From: Cyanophora paradoxa CCMP329
Lineage: Eukaryota > Plantae > Glaucophyta
Direction of reading: 5' to 3'
Length of the DNA: 30,607 nucleotides
Assembly: GCA_004431415.1 (NCBI GenBank)
Contig: QPMI01000347.1
Span: forward strand, 1 to 30,607
Part shown: one piece after another, positions 1 to 12,700 of the stretch
How positions within the stretch are numbered: position 1 is the stretch's first letter
How the letters are laid out: each line of letters opens with the position of its first letter
The notes under the pieces: generated by a model
Seen by the model: only the letters and a program-made list of their open reading frames with translations
What the model was told of the DNA's origin: nothing
The model's database searches: none
Made by a program: the position numbers and the translations under genes

Positions 1-635
1 GCGAGGGTGTAGACCAGCTGCAGATATCAGATCTCAAGAGTCTAGACAGCTTTTTTCCTAGCTTCTAGATCTTCCGAAGCTGCATTCTTCTTGATCTTCT
101 AGAAATAGTGCCTGCACGGGGCGTCTTGGTTTTGGGGGGCTCCGAGGCTCAGCAGCGGCTCAATGGTCTCTTGAAGTTCTTCGATTCTCAAATCCAACCT
201 CACTGAGCCAGGAAATGAGCCTCGGAGATGCCAATGATATCGCTGTCATGATGATACCGGACATCGAACTTTCGGAATTAAAATTACAGAAGTACTGGTT
301 ATGGCGGCCGGCGCCCTTCGCGAAGCTTTTTAAGCCTGTTACCGTTGACGTGCTTCAGTTCTTAACAATCCTGGCCATATCATTTCTGGCCTGAGCGCGG
401 CCCGCGAGCCTGCAGGCCGGCTGGGAGCCCTTGAATCATCATCATGAACTCCCATAAACTGGCAAGCTGGCTTCACGCCCAAGAGACTAAGCGCAGGTAG
501 AAGCTCAAGCGTGCACCAGTCAACACGAATTGCGCATGCGTACAAAGGCCGCTCCTGCTTTGATGGGGGGGCTCGAGCTCGAGTGGGCGGGGCGCGGGCG
601 GTGCGGCGGGGGCGGGCTCGGGCGGCTCGGGCGGC

Positions 636-3600
636 TCAGGCGGCGAAGGCGGCGTAGAAGTCGTTGCCCTTGTCGTCCACGATCACAAAGGCCGGGAAGT
701 CCTTCACCTGCGCCCCCGGGCCGGGCCCCGCGTGAGCCCCGGGGGGCCGGCGCGACCGCCTCCGGCCGGCACCTCGATCTTCCAGACGGCCTCCATGCCG
801 AGCTCGGGGTACTCGAGCACCTCCACCTGCCCGCCCCTCGCGATCGGCGCGCCGAAACAAAGCGGGGCCTGGCCGCGCGGACCTTGGTGATGCAGTTCTG
901 GGCGAGGATGGCGGCCGCCCCCCCGATGGAGCCCAGGTAGAACCCCTTGCTCTCTGCGCGCCCTCCTCAGCCCGCGCGCCCCGGGGGCGGGGGCGGGGCG
1001 AGCGGGGAGCGGGCCCTTGCAGGCGTCCGTGACGGCCTTGGAGCGGTTCCCCTTCGCCAGCATCACGTGCGAGCCGCCCGCCTGCCCCCAGCGCCCCGCC
1101 CTCAGCGGGGGGCGGGGCGGCGTGCGGGGCGGCCCCGCGCGCACGAGCATGAAGCGGCGGACGTAGGAGTCCATGCGCCCCGCCGTCGTCGGCCCGAACG
1201 AGCCCGCCGCCATCCCCTGGGGACCGCCCCGTCGGGGGAAGGGGGGAGGAGGAGAGAAGGGGGCGGACGTCGGGGGTCTTGGCGGGCCCGGCGTAGTAGA
1301 CGGCGTGGTTCTTCATGTACTCCGGCAGGCCCTTCCCCTGGTCCAGCCGCTCCTGCGGGGGCGTATGCACTCGGCGGGGCCCTCTGCTGAGGGGCGGGGC
1401 GGGCGGACGGCGAGCTTGGCGTGGGCGATGTCGCGGGCGACGACCAGCGGCCCGCTCAGCGACACCCGCGTCTTCACCTGCGGGGCGGCCCGTCGGCCCG
1501 CGCGGCTCGGCGGGCGGGGCCGGCCGGCGCGCACGGGGCACTGCGAGAGGCGCGCCCGGATCGCGTCCATCGGCTGCAGGGGGGGGTAGCGGCGTCAGGC
1601 GCGGGCGGGGGAGGAGCGCCGGGGGGTACGGGACCGCGCCTGGTTGAGGTCGATCTGGACGACCTCGCTGGAGAGGGCCTCGGGCTGCGGGGGTTACGCG
1701 TGGGCCGCGCAGGCCGGAGAGAGGGGAGGGGGCGTGGGGCCGCACCTTGACTTCGGGGAGGTACTGGGCGGGGTCCTTGCAGAGCTCCTCCAGGAACAGG
1801 CCCTGTGCAGGTTCGAACCCGGACCCGGAGCGGAGGGGCCGGGGAGGGGGGCGCGGGCGCGGGCCTCAGCGGTGATTTTGGCGCGGATCTGGCGGTCGGC
1901 GGAGCAGGAGACGCCGATGCCGACGGGGCAGGAGGCGCCGTGCCGGGGCAGCCGCACCACCTGCCCCCGCCCGCCCCGGCGAGTCAGCCCGCGCGGCGCC
2001 CGCGCTCGGAGAGGGGCGCGGCGGCGCGGGGGCGCTCGCCCGGACGTCGTGGCAGAAGTACTTCCCTGCGTAGGGGCGCCCTGCCGGTCAGGCCCAAAGG
2101 AGGGAGGGGCCGAAGCTTGAGAAGGCGCTGGGCTGGGGGCCGGACCGCCGAACTGGGCGCCGAGGCCGAGGCGGCGGGTCATGTCGAGGACGCGGGCCTC
2201 CCACTCGGTGTCCCGGAAGGCCCGCCCCTTCGCGTTCCCCTTCGTCGGCAGGTCGTCCAGGTACCTGCGCCCCCGCCGTCAGCTGCGCCGGCCGGGGGCG
2301 CGGGGCGCGGGGCGGACCGGGCGGAGGCGAGCTTGACGGTCTTGAGGGTCTGCTCGGCCGAGAGGCCGCCGATGACCAGCGCGAGGTGGTAGGGCGGGCA
2401 CGCCGCTGTCCCCAGCGCCCGCACCTGCCCGCCCCGCCCCGCGACGCTCAGCCGGGCGCCGCCCCGCCGGGTGCGGGGGTACGGGGCGCGGGGGAACCTT
2501 CTCCTCGACGAACTTGGTGAGCGAGGCCTCGTTCAGGAGCTCCTTCGTCTGCTGGAAGAGCAGCGACTTGTTCGCCGAGCCGCCGCCCTGCAGGAGGCGC
2601 GCAGCCGTTCACACGACCCGCTGTGTCGGGGGGAGGGGGGTACGTCGCGCACCTTGGCCAGGAAGAGGAACTCGTACTCGTTGCCCCCGACGGAGTACAC
2701 CTCCACCTGTACCCCCGAACTCAGCGGCGTCTTGTACCCCGTCTCATTGAGAAGCGCGCCTGGGCGGGCAGGTTGCACTTCGTGTTGACCTCGTCGAACA
2801 TCGTCAAAGGTGCTGTCTGTACCCCCGTCGGGCGCGGCGGTCAGCCGGGGGTACAGGGAAAGATCTGGGGTGCGGACCTGGGAGTAGCGGAGGTTCTTCT
2901 TCGTGTACTGCGCGATCGGGCGGGTCAGTGGGCGGGGATGCGGGGATCGAGGAGGGGTACGCGGGGATGGGAGGGGGGTACGGGGCGGACCGCATCGAAG
3001 ACGCCGGCGGAAAGGGCGCGCTCGTCGTCGCCGTCGGTCCACACGTACTGCCCCTTCTTCCCCATCACGATCGCCGTACCCGTGTCCTGCGGGGCGGCCC
3101 CGGCCCGGGGGCCCGGCTCGGGCGGGGAGCGGGGGGGCGGCGGGGCCGGACGGGGCGGGGGCGGCGGGCCTGGCACATGGGGAGGACGCGCCCGGAGCTG
3201 ACGACGGCGTTCTTGAGCAGCTCGAGCGCCACGAAGCTGCCGCCCCCGGCCCGGCGCTCAGCGGCGGAGGTCGGGCGGCGATTCGATGCGAGGCGGGGCG
3301 GGTGGGCACCGGTCGTTGGCGGAGCTCTCGAGGTCGTCGAGGACGGCCCGCAGCTGCGCGAGGTGCGAGGGCCTGCGGCACGGCGCGCCCCTTTCGTCAG
3401 GACGGACTGCCGGCGCCGGCGCCGGCGAAAGGGCCGGGCGGGGGCACCGGAGGAAGTGGGCGACGTCGGACATCGCCTCCCGCGCCAGCGCCCGCAGGCC
3501 CTCGGGGTCGACGCGCAGCACCTTCACTCCGCCCAGCTCCTCTGCGGCCCCGCGTCGCCCTTGGTCTGGCCGCGCGCGGACCGGCGGCTGCCAGCTCGAG

Positions 3601-3718
3601 GGGGTAGCAGACCTTGGCGGACGTATTTGGCGGACCCTTCCAGCATGCGGTACGCCACATGATGGCCGTCGTTCTTCTCATGCTGGAAGAGCGGCTCGTA
3701 GAACTGATCAAAATTCAT
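636..3718 (-). CDS. fumA: Class I (Fe-S, FumA/B-type) fumarate hydratase, 23 coding exons
   Basis: Manual splicing gives an uninterrupted protein: [11 protein letters not shown]...LPMCQ|[12 protein letters not shown]...NLRYSQ...NLPAQ...FLAK|GGGSANK...[10 protein letters not shown]...[14 protein letters not shown]|[13 protein letters not shown]...CSADRQ...ARDIAHAKL...YYAGPAKTP...[11 protein letters not shown]...GFYLGSIGG...[13 protein letters not shown]|[18 protein letters not shown]...TGA at 636. These are hallmark class I fumarase motifs. 22 introns (16 GT-AG, 6 GC-AG). Confidence 0.95.
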
Positions 3719-3800
3719 TCTCGAAGACGGTTGCAGTTGTGCAGCAAACTTGTGCTGGCTGACGTCGACGTCGGCCGGGATGCGAAGCCTTGAGTTCGGG

Positions 3801-3888
3801 CTGCATCGGCTCGCGTCAGCGCGTGACTAAAGTGACGGACGCGCGTCCATTGCTGCGCGCGCGCTTTGCGGTCGCCCGCGCTCCGCAC
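3801..3888 (-). other. Probable 5'-UTR intron of the fumarase gene
   Basis: Minus strand reads CAG|GTGCGG...GCTGAC...GATGCAG|, with the same donor, branch and acceptor pattern as the coding introns, 82 nt upstream of the ATG. Confidence 0.55.
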
Positions 3889-4129
3889 CTGCCGAGCTTG
3901 CAATTCGCGCGTCAGCTCGCAACCCGGAAGCTGTGCGAATGCGTTGGCCGCCGCGAAGTTGTGTTGCTGCTGTCACCGAGTGACTTGCGTCCTGCTACCG
4001 CAGTGCTGCGGCCGTTTGAACGGCGGACCTCTCAGTAACCTCTAAGTTACCTCTTCTCCCGGGGGGTAGAGCGTCGACGTGGACTGCCGGGTACGGGCGC
4101 AATTCAAGCGGCGCTGGAAGGCGGTCGGG
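3889..4129. promoter_or_regulatory. Putative compact bidirectional promoter (fumarase / sorting nexin)
   Basis: Head-to-head start codons at 3718 (-) and 4130 (+). No specific promoter motif identified; the call is positional only. Confidence 0.45.
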
Positions 4130-6756
4130 ATGGACCCGCTCAGCGATCCTAACTTCGGGTTGGAGGTGCGGATTGTTCTAGATGCACTGCCTGCAGTCTC
4201 CGTCGCTCTCCGCCGACCGCTTTTCCTGCTGCGCCGCAGGACGTTGGCCTTGATCACTCCACCGGCCACGCACGGGATCCTGCACGCATATCGGCACCGA
4301 TACGCAACAACGGCGTTTCTGAGTCCGGAGGGGCGACCACGTACATTCCCAGTGATGCTCAGCCGCGTGCTAGCTCGTCGGGCACCGCGGCCCTGCCGCA
4401 TTCGGACGCACCACGCCCTTCTGCATCTTCGGGATTTAGCGAAGTGCACTTTTCCTCGCCCAAGGTGCGCCGCCGACCGTCCTCAGCTGTCAGCGGTCGC
4501 TTCTCCGTACCCGCCGCTGCAGGCCCGGCCCGTCGCGCTGACCTGATATGTGCGGCTACCAGTTGCAGGCGCGCGCGGTGGCAGACGGCCAGGACCCGAT
4601 CCACAACCCCGACCTGGTCATCGTTGTGTCGGACCCCCAGAAGCAGGGCGACGGGATGCAGGCGTACGTGACGTACAAGATACAAACAAAAGTGAGCTGC
4701 TTGCGCTTACGGGATTGCTTCTGCTCACGGTTGCTGCTTGCGCAGACCACCTTCCCTCAGTTCCGCTGGGGCGAGTTTTCGGTGCACAGGCGCTACAAGG
4801 ACTTCGTCTGGCTGCACCAGAACCTCGTCGAAAGGCATCAGGGCGTCCTCATTCCGCCGCTTCCCGAGAAGCTGGTCGTCGGTATGCTCGCGCGCAATTT
4901 GATCCGCACGTTTGACCCTCGTTCGACCCAGATTTCACCAAGCGATTCAGCAAGGAATTCATCGAGGCGAGAAGGAAAGGTCTTGAAAAGTTCCTGTGCG
5001 TCTCGCGCGCGCCGTGCACCGCGCCGCGCTGATCGAACTCTCGCGTCGCAGGCAGCGTGTCGCTTCGCACCCCGCGCTGAACAAGAGCCCGGAGCTGAAG
5101 GCGTTTCTGGAGGATAACGAGGAGGCCTGGGTGCGCTCAGCAGCGATTCAAGGGACTGCGACACGGCGCTGACATCCGTTCTCCGCTCGCCGCTCGCCCG
5201 CAGGTCAATCGCATGGCGGGCGCCGCCGCCCCTCTGCCGCAGCCGACGGACGGACCCTCCGCTTCATCCTCGGCAGCCGCGGCCGGCAAGAAGCCGCGCG
5301 ACTACGCGTGGGTGTTCAACCAGGTGCGGGTGCCGCAGCGGCGGCGCCGCGCCGGGGCCAAGCGCGCGCGGGCGGCAGATGGCGAGCGCCGTGACGAACC
5401 TAGCGAGTGGGAACCGCTCGACGACGCCGACCATATCGGACAGCGCCTTCGAGGACACGAAGCGATACGTCGCCTCGTTCGACAACCAGGTGCCCCGGGG
5501 CCCGCGCGCGCGCCCCGCTTGCCTCGCCGCCTCGAGCCGGCCGCGCGCAGCTGTCGGACGCGCGCCGCCTCGCCTCGCGGCTCGTGGAGAAGCACCGCGG
5601 TGCGCGCCGGCGGCCGCGGGCGGGGCCGGGGCCGGGGCCGAGGGCGGCGCGCGCAGAGCTGGCGGTCGTCTTCGCGGAGCTCGGCCTCTCCTTCGTACTC
5701 CTTGGCAACCTCGAGGGCGCGCCGCCGCCCGCCCGCCCGCCCGCCCGGCCGCCTTGGCGCGGCTGACGGTGCGCTGCAGGGGACTCGCTGGGGCGCGCCA
5801 TCTCCGCCATCGGCTCCTGCGCCGACCGCCTCTCGATGCTCACGCACCAGTCGGTGCGCCGGCGCGGGGCGCTGGTGCGGCCCGGGCCGAGGGCGGGGCG
5901 CGCAGGCGGACCGCGAGTCGGACCACCTCGACGAGCTCCTCAAGGACTACCTCCGCATCGCCGGCGCCGTCCGCGTGCGCGCGCCCCGCCGCCGCCGCCC
6001 GCGCGCCGCGGCCCCGCCTCACGCGCAGCCGGGTCGGCAGGAGGTGGTGAAGCTGCGGCAGGCGGCGCTGCAGGCGCTGCAGGCGGCGTACACGGACCAC
6101 GAGTCGAAGCGGGCGCGACTGCTGAAGGCGAAGGACGCGGCGGCGCGCGGCGGCCGCGACGACCGCGTCCTCGCCTGGGAGAAGGAGACCGAGGAGGCCC
6201 GCCCGCCCGCCCCGCCCCGGCCCCGCCTCCGCGCTGACCTCCCCCGCAGGCGAAGCGGGAGTGGGACCGCGCCAAGGCCGAGTACGAGCGCCTGTCGGCA
6301 TCTATGCGGTACCCCCGTACCCCCTCCCGCCCGGGGCGGCTCCGCGCGGGTTGAGCTGGCGGGCGGCAGGGCGGAGATGGAACGGCTGCAGCAGCAGAAG
6401 CTCTTCGACTTCAAGAAGTCGCTGGCGGCCTTCGCCACCGCCCAGATCGACACCTGCCGCCAGGTCCCCGCCCTCTCCTGTACCCCCGCCGCGCCCCTCC
6501 CCACGGCTCACGCGGGGCAGGTGGAGGCAGCGTGGCGGTCGGTCCTCCCCGAAATCGACGCCATCTCCCTCGTGCCCGGGCGCACGCCGGGGCAGCCGCC
6601 CGCCTCCGCCGGCTCCGTGGGCTCCCGTACCCCCGCCATCCCCACTCCCGGCCGCGCTCGCGTCGAGGAGGCGCGTACCCCTCGCGCCCCGCGCAGCCTT
6701 CTGCGTCGCCCCGACTGAGTTTCGCGCAGGACTACTTCGAGCGCGGCTCGGTCTGA
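4130..6756 (+). CDS. SNX1: Sorting nexin, PX + BAR domain (SNX1/SNX2/Vps5 retromer type)
   Basis: Spliced PX domain: IVVSDPQKQGDGMQAYVTYKIQTK|TT...SVHRRYKDFVWL...GVLIPPLPEK...FSKEFIEARRKGLEKFLQRVASHPAL...LKAFL. A helical BAR region follows: FEDTKRYVASFDNQ|L...ELLKDYLR...YERLSASMRAEMER...DFKKSLAAF...W. 16 introns, with GC donors at 5717, 6197 and probably 6671. The last exon (6730-6756) is less certain; the alternative stop is 6718. Exact paralogue not determinable. Confidence 0.9.
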
Positions 6757-7896
6757 GCGGCTTCGTCGGGCGCCGGCCCTCCCCTCTCCTCCCCCAGGCC
6801 GTTGCCTCGACCTCGGCTCGGCTGCTACGCTTCCTGTACAGACCGCGAACCTCCCTGCCGCCCTTCGCCCAGCCTTGTGGAACTCCCACCCAGAACCGAG
6901 AGCAGCTGCGCATGCTGGGCTGTGCAGCCGGTTGCGGGGTCGGTCACCCTAGCTATTCGGCTGCAGTTGATCCCGATCCGCTTCCGGAACGGCAGGCCGC
7001 AGCTGCAGCTGCAGCCGGGCCTTAGCCGACTTCAATCATTGAATCGGACAACCCATGCATGGGCGGCGATGGGCCCCATGTCCGGTGGCATGTCGGGGCC
7101 ACAGTCCGGCATGGTCCTGCCGGGTCCTGCCGGGGGCCCGGGACCTTATCTAGAACGATCCCCCGCCCTTCCGGGACCTTAAAAGCTTTCGCCCCGGCTT
7201 CTCCACACTGGCAGTCTCGATTCCCCCTGCTATGGCCCTTTCCCGGAGTCCCGTGGCCATCATGGCCCCCGGGTCCCGGCCCCCCTTGAAGAGCGCCCCC
7301 GGCCCTTCATTGTGTGCATGGGCAGATGCATGGCCTATGTATGGGCCTGCTAACGACCGGGTAACGGCGCTAACGTGGCGACGGTGGCCGCCGGGGTGGC
7401 GCCCGCATGCGCGTCATCACCGTGCGCATGCGAGCTTCGCGATCGATTTCTGTCTGATTCGATGCTTTCGAGCCTCGGAGGCGTACGTGAATTGGCATTT
7501 GCGGCTCTCAGCATGGGAGTTGAATGCCATGATGGGAGGTAGCGCTGATGAGCATGAGCTCGAGCGCGTTCCGCGGCCGAGTCCGCCGCCCGGAGGCCCG
7601 GCGGAGGGCCGGAGCTCTAGATCTGCTGCGTTGGCGTACGCGTCGACGTCGCGTCGCACCGGCGCGGCTTCCTCGAGCTCGCGATCGGAGAGCGGCCGGC
7701 TTCAATCGGGCCCGGGCATCGCGAATCGGAGGTGAAGGAGGCGCTGGGCGCTCCAGGGCGCGGTTTTACCGGACCGGAGTTCTGCGTGTGAGAGTTCTGC
7801 ATCCGCCAGCTCAGCCCAGGCGAGGGGCGGCGGCCGCGTGGCCGCGCGCTTCCTGTGCGCTGCCCCGCGTACGTAGAAGGGAGATAGGCCAGCACC

Positions 7897-9677
7897 ATGT
7901 CGGTGGCGACCGGCTCGGGTGTACGCGGGTCCAGCGCGCTGGGGATGGACCCCAGCGTGTCGGCTGCCCCGCAGATCAAGGTGGCGAGCCCCGGATCGCG
8001 CCTTCAAAGCCTCGAAGACTCGTTTTACGGTGCACGTGCCCGCTCGCCTAGGCCTGGGCCGCGCGCGCGCTCGCCTTCCGGGATCCCGCCTCGGCCCCGG
8101 CGCGCGCTCTGATCATGATCGTCCCTTGCGCGATCGCTCCCCCTGGACCCCCCGCAGCCGTCCTCTACGGTGACCCCCGCCGGCCCCGCTCGCGCACGCC
8201 CCGGTCCGGCCTCACGCGCGCCGCGCCGGGCGTGCGCGCAGTGATGCGGAGCCGGGCGGGGGCGGAGGGCGCGGCGCCGAGCCGCGCGGGCCTCCTCTTC
8301 GCGCTCTTCCTGGTGGTCGTGGACTTTGCGCAGCTGATGGCCTTCGTCGCCGACTCGAAGCGCTACAACTGGGTCCAGCTCGACTGGGTCGAGAACGCCT
8401 TCCGGGCCCGCCCCGCCCCTCCCCAGGGCCTGCCCTCGCCGCTCACCCCGCCCCCCCCTCGGCAGGTGGTGATGGGCCCCGTGCCGCGCCGCTTCCTCTC
8501 GGCCTCGGGGTACACGACCTACCTCGTCTTCTTCGCGATCGTCATGGCCGCCATCCTCATCGCCGTCGCCGACGGTCCGCCCCGCCCGTCCGCCGCTTTT
8601 CTCGCGCCTCCGGCTCCCTCTGACGCGCCCCCCTCTCCGCCCCTCTACCCCCCCCCCTTTCCCCCCCCATTGCCCTCAGTTCTCTACGTTCTCTACGCCT
8701 TCCGCATCGGCAAGGTACTCCCGCCACTCTCCTTCCTTTCATTCCCCGCGCAGCCCTTTCAAGGGCGCGCAGATCACGCGCATGTGGCCCGTGCGCATGC
8801 TCAAGGCCGTTGTCGTGCGCCCCCGCATCTGCCCCGCCCTCTCCTCCGGGTAGACCCTCACCGCGGCGCGACCCGTACCCACCAGTCCATCTTCTTCGGC
8901 TCGCTCTACCTCTCCTCCTTCGGCATCCTCTTCCTCTCCCTCGACTGGTGCGCGCTCCCGCCTCTTCGCCCTCCTTTCCCGCACTTGAACCCCCCCTGTA
9001 CCCAGCCACTACTTCGACTCCTCGGGCTCCCCCGCCCGCTTCACCCTCACCATGTACCCCGAGGTCCGCGGGGCTCCCGCTGCCTCCTGCGCGCCGCCTC
9101 GGCCGCCCCGCCCAGTCGCCAATAGAACCGCTCCGCTCCGCCCAGGTGGCCTGTTGGGGGGTACCGAATGCCATCGTCGCAATTTTCGCCCTGCTCGGCT
9201 GCTTTCTGGTCCTCGTCTTCGCCTTCGCGGTACCCCCCCCCACTCTCTATGTCGGGCCTGCCCTTCGCTCCCCCGAGCGCCCCGGCAGATGACCCTGGTG
9301 GCCGTCGACCCCGTGCCCAGCTCCAAGTTCCCGAGCTCCACCGCGACTCCGCACGTGCATTGCCCCTGCACCGGCCCAGCCCCGGCGGCCGGCGCGCCGC
9401 CTCATCCCGCGCGCCCAGGCGACCTTCTATGGCTCTACGGTGAGGGCGCTGCTGGTAATCTCGGCGACCGTCTTCTCCTCGTACCCCGTCCTCCTCGCCC
9501 TCGTCGTACTCGCCTGCGCTCTCTTCCTCGCGGGCTCCATCAGTGCGCCCCGCCCCGCCAGGCGGCCTGAAGCTCCTCGGGCCTGATCGCGAGCGCCCAG
9601 TCTGGTTCCTGCCCTACTACAACTCCGCCTTCAACGCCCTTCGCGCCGGCCTTTACGGTGCGCCCCTACCCCTCACC

Positions 9678-9708
<31 letters not shown>

Positions 9709-12700
9709 TTCCCGCTGATCGCGGCCGGCAGGGGTGGTGGCGTGGTGCGCGGTGTGCGCGGTGGCGCTAGCGGTGAGCCCCGAGCACCCGCGCTCCATCA
9801 CCCTCGCCTTCGCCGTCGGCGCCCCCGTCGCGTCCGCCCCGCCCCGCCCGCGCGCGCGTCCCCGCTTGAGCTCGAGGTCGCCGGCAGGTTCGGGCTCTTC
9901 GGGCGGCGGCGCACCTCCGCTTCAGGGCGGCGTGCCACCCCTCCCGCCACCTCCGCCTCGAGGCCCGCCCCCGCCCTCGCGCGGCCGCCCTCGCGCGGCC
10001 ACCCGCGCGCTCAGCCCCGGGGAGCGCAGGCGGACGGGAACAGGCCGGTGTGGGTCTACCGGGGGCGCCTGCGGGCGCCGCACGAGGTGGAGATCGCCAC
10101 GCGCTTCGTGCGGGAGATCGACGCCGACGCCGCACGCGCCTCCAGCCGCGGGTGCGTGCTCCGCTGCCTGCTCCGCGCTGCACGCTGCGGGCGCGGCGCG
10201 TACCCCGCGGCGCGGGCGGTCGCTGATCGTGGAGGGCGGGGCGCGGGCAGGTACCTGGAGGACCCGAACGCTGCGCTCGACTACGACGAGGCGCTCGACA
10301 AGGCGGACGCCATCTTCCAGGAGGGCCTCCGCCGCTTCCCCTACTCCGCCATCGTCCACCTCGCATGTCCGCAGCCCCGCCCCGCTCTAGATCTCCGCCC
10401 CGCCCGCCCTCCGACGCGCCTTGCCGCGCAGACGCGAACTTCAAGCGAACGTACATAGACGACAAGGCGGGCGAGGCGGCCTTCGTGGACCGCGCGCGCC
10501 ACTTCCCCCTCGACTTCCAGCTCCGCTACATGATCTTCCGGCGAGCCGGCCGCTCCGCGCCGCTCCGTGCCGCGGCCCCGCGCTGATCATGAGGGGCGGG
10601 GCAGGAAGCTGAAGGAGCGGGAGGGGGAGGCGGCGTCGCAGGGGACGACTGCCACCATGGACCTCGTCTCGTGCGCCCGTCCGCCGGATCTGAACCGGCG
10701 CGCGAGTGTTCAAGACGCTGACCCCGGAGGGCCGGGCCCAGGTTCGTGGAGTTCAAGACGAAGCTGCGGCTGGCGCGGGAGGGCCACTACAAGGCGCTGC
10801 GGGCGACGCGGGCCTTTTGGGCGGCGCTCCTCGAGCCGGACGAGTCGGCGGCCCTCGCCCGCATGTCCACCCTCGGCCGCACCATCGACTTCTACGAGAC
10901 GCAGGCGAGCCGCCGGCGCGGGCGCGGGCGCCCCCCGCCGGTGCGAGAGGGTCGCGCTCACTCTGCCGCGGGGCGCGGCCCGAGCGCAGGCGGAGCGGAA
11001 CTACAGCGTGCTCGTGCAGGGGTGCGCATGCCCCCTCTCACTTCTGTTCACGCACCCCACCCGCGCACCGCCAAGGCCGCCCCCCGAACGACGCGCGCAG
11101 GCACCCGCGGAACATCCGGATCCTGCGGGGGTACGGGGCCTTCCTGGAGAGCGTGAAGAACAACCCGGGGGCGGCCGAGCAGTTCTACCGGCGGGCGGAC
11201 GCGGAGGAGGACGAGCAGACGAAGAAGCGGACCGACAAGGTGCTCGCGCCCGCGCGCGTGCATGCGCACTTCCCTCGCCCCTCCGCGCCTCAGTATCCGA
11301 TGCTCCCTATCGCGCGGGCTGCAGATCGGGGGCGACGACGCCGGGGTGGTGGACCACACCGTCGACGCCATCATCGTCATCGACTCCAACGAGGCGGGCC
11401 CCCCGCCCCCCCACCCCTCCCCTCTCTTGCCTTCTACGATGCGCTGACTCCCCCTCGCCCAGATCATCCAGAGCGTCAACGCGAACGCGTGCAAGATCTT
11501 CGGCTACGAGAAGGGCGAGCTGAAGGGCAAGCGGGTGCGCGCGGGCCCTCCCGCCTGTCCCCCGTCCTCCGCCGGAGCTCGCCGCGGCAGGTCTCCGTGC
11601 TAATGCCGAGCCCCTTCCGGGAGAGCCACGCGGCGTACATCCAGAACTACCTCAGGACGGGCGTCGCCAGGGTGCGAATCGTAAAGGACCATCTTCCCCG
11701 CGCCCTCCTCGGCGCCCGGCCCCCGCCGAGAGGGCCGCTCGCAGGCGGTGAATGCGAAGCGGGAGCTGCCGGCGCTCCACCGCAGCGGGGCGATCTTCCC
11801 GATGCGCCTGTCCGCCCCTCCCTCCCCGCCTCGCCGCGAGAGACGACGAAGGCCTCACGGGGCGGGGCGCGCAGCTACGTGACGCGCGTCGAGCTGAACG
11901 GGCAGACGGCGTTCGTCGGCTCCATCCGGCCCCTCGACAACTCGGTCCGCCCGCTGCGCTTCTTCGCATGGGGATCCGTCGCATCTCTCTGAATCCGCCC
12001 GCTCGCGCGCGCGCGCAGGCGGCGATGCTGCTGACGAGCCCCGGGGCGGGGAGCCGCATCACGGGGGCGAACAGCAAGATGGCGGCCCTCTTCGACACCA
12101 GCGTCGAGGAGCTCTCCCGCAGAGCCGTCAAGGCGCGCCGCGCTGCTGCCTGCGCCCCCTGCGCCGCCGCCGCCGGGCGCCCGCTGAGGGCGGGGCGGGC
12201 AGGACCTGGTGGCGCAGCACCACTGGCCCTTCTTCGGGGGCCGCGGGGCCGGCGCAGGCGCGGGGGACCCCGCCCTCTTCCCCAGCCGCCGCCGCCGCGG
12301 CAGCAACGTCACCGCGGCGGGGGCGGGGCGGCGGCGGGGACGAGGCCTCGCGCTCGGGTGGCTCGCCGGGGCCCGTCCCCTCGAGCTGGAGCTTCCGGGA
12401 CCGCGGGGCGCCCCGGAGCCTGCTCGCGAGCCCGCGCCGCGCCGCCGCCCCCGACGAGTTCACCGAGGAGGCCCGCCCCGCCCGCCCCGCCCCTCCCGCA
12501 CAGCTGGGCGGGGCTCGAGCGGGGCGGGGCGTGGCCGGGGCGCAGGCGAGGCAGGCGGTCGACGCGCTGGCCCCCGACGGCTCCGCCTTCGAGTGCGTCT
12601 GCGCCATACGCCGCGTCCAGGCCGGCACCGCCTCCGTGCGCCCCCGGCCCGGCCCGGCCGGGCGCCGGGCTCGAGCGGGGCGGGCGGGGGCGGGGCCAGG

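Noticed and set aside
1-540. Possible coding or transposon remnant in the AT-richer left end
   Set aside because: No convincing ORF, splice pattern or terminal repeats. Treated as fumarase 3' UTR or intergenic DNA.
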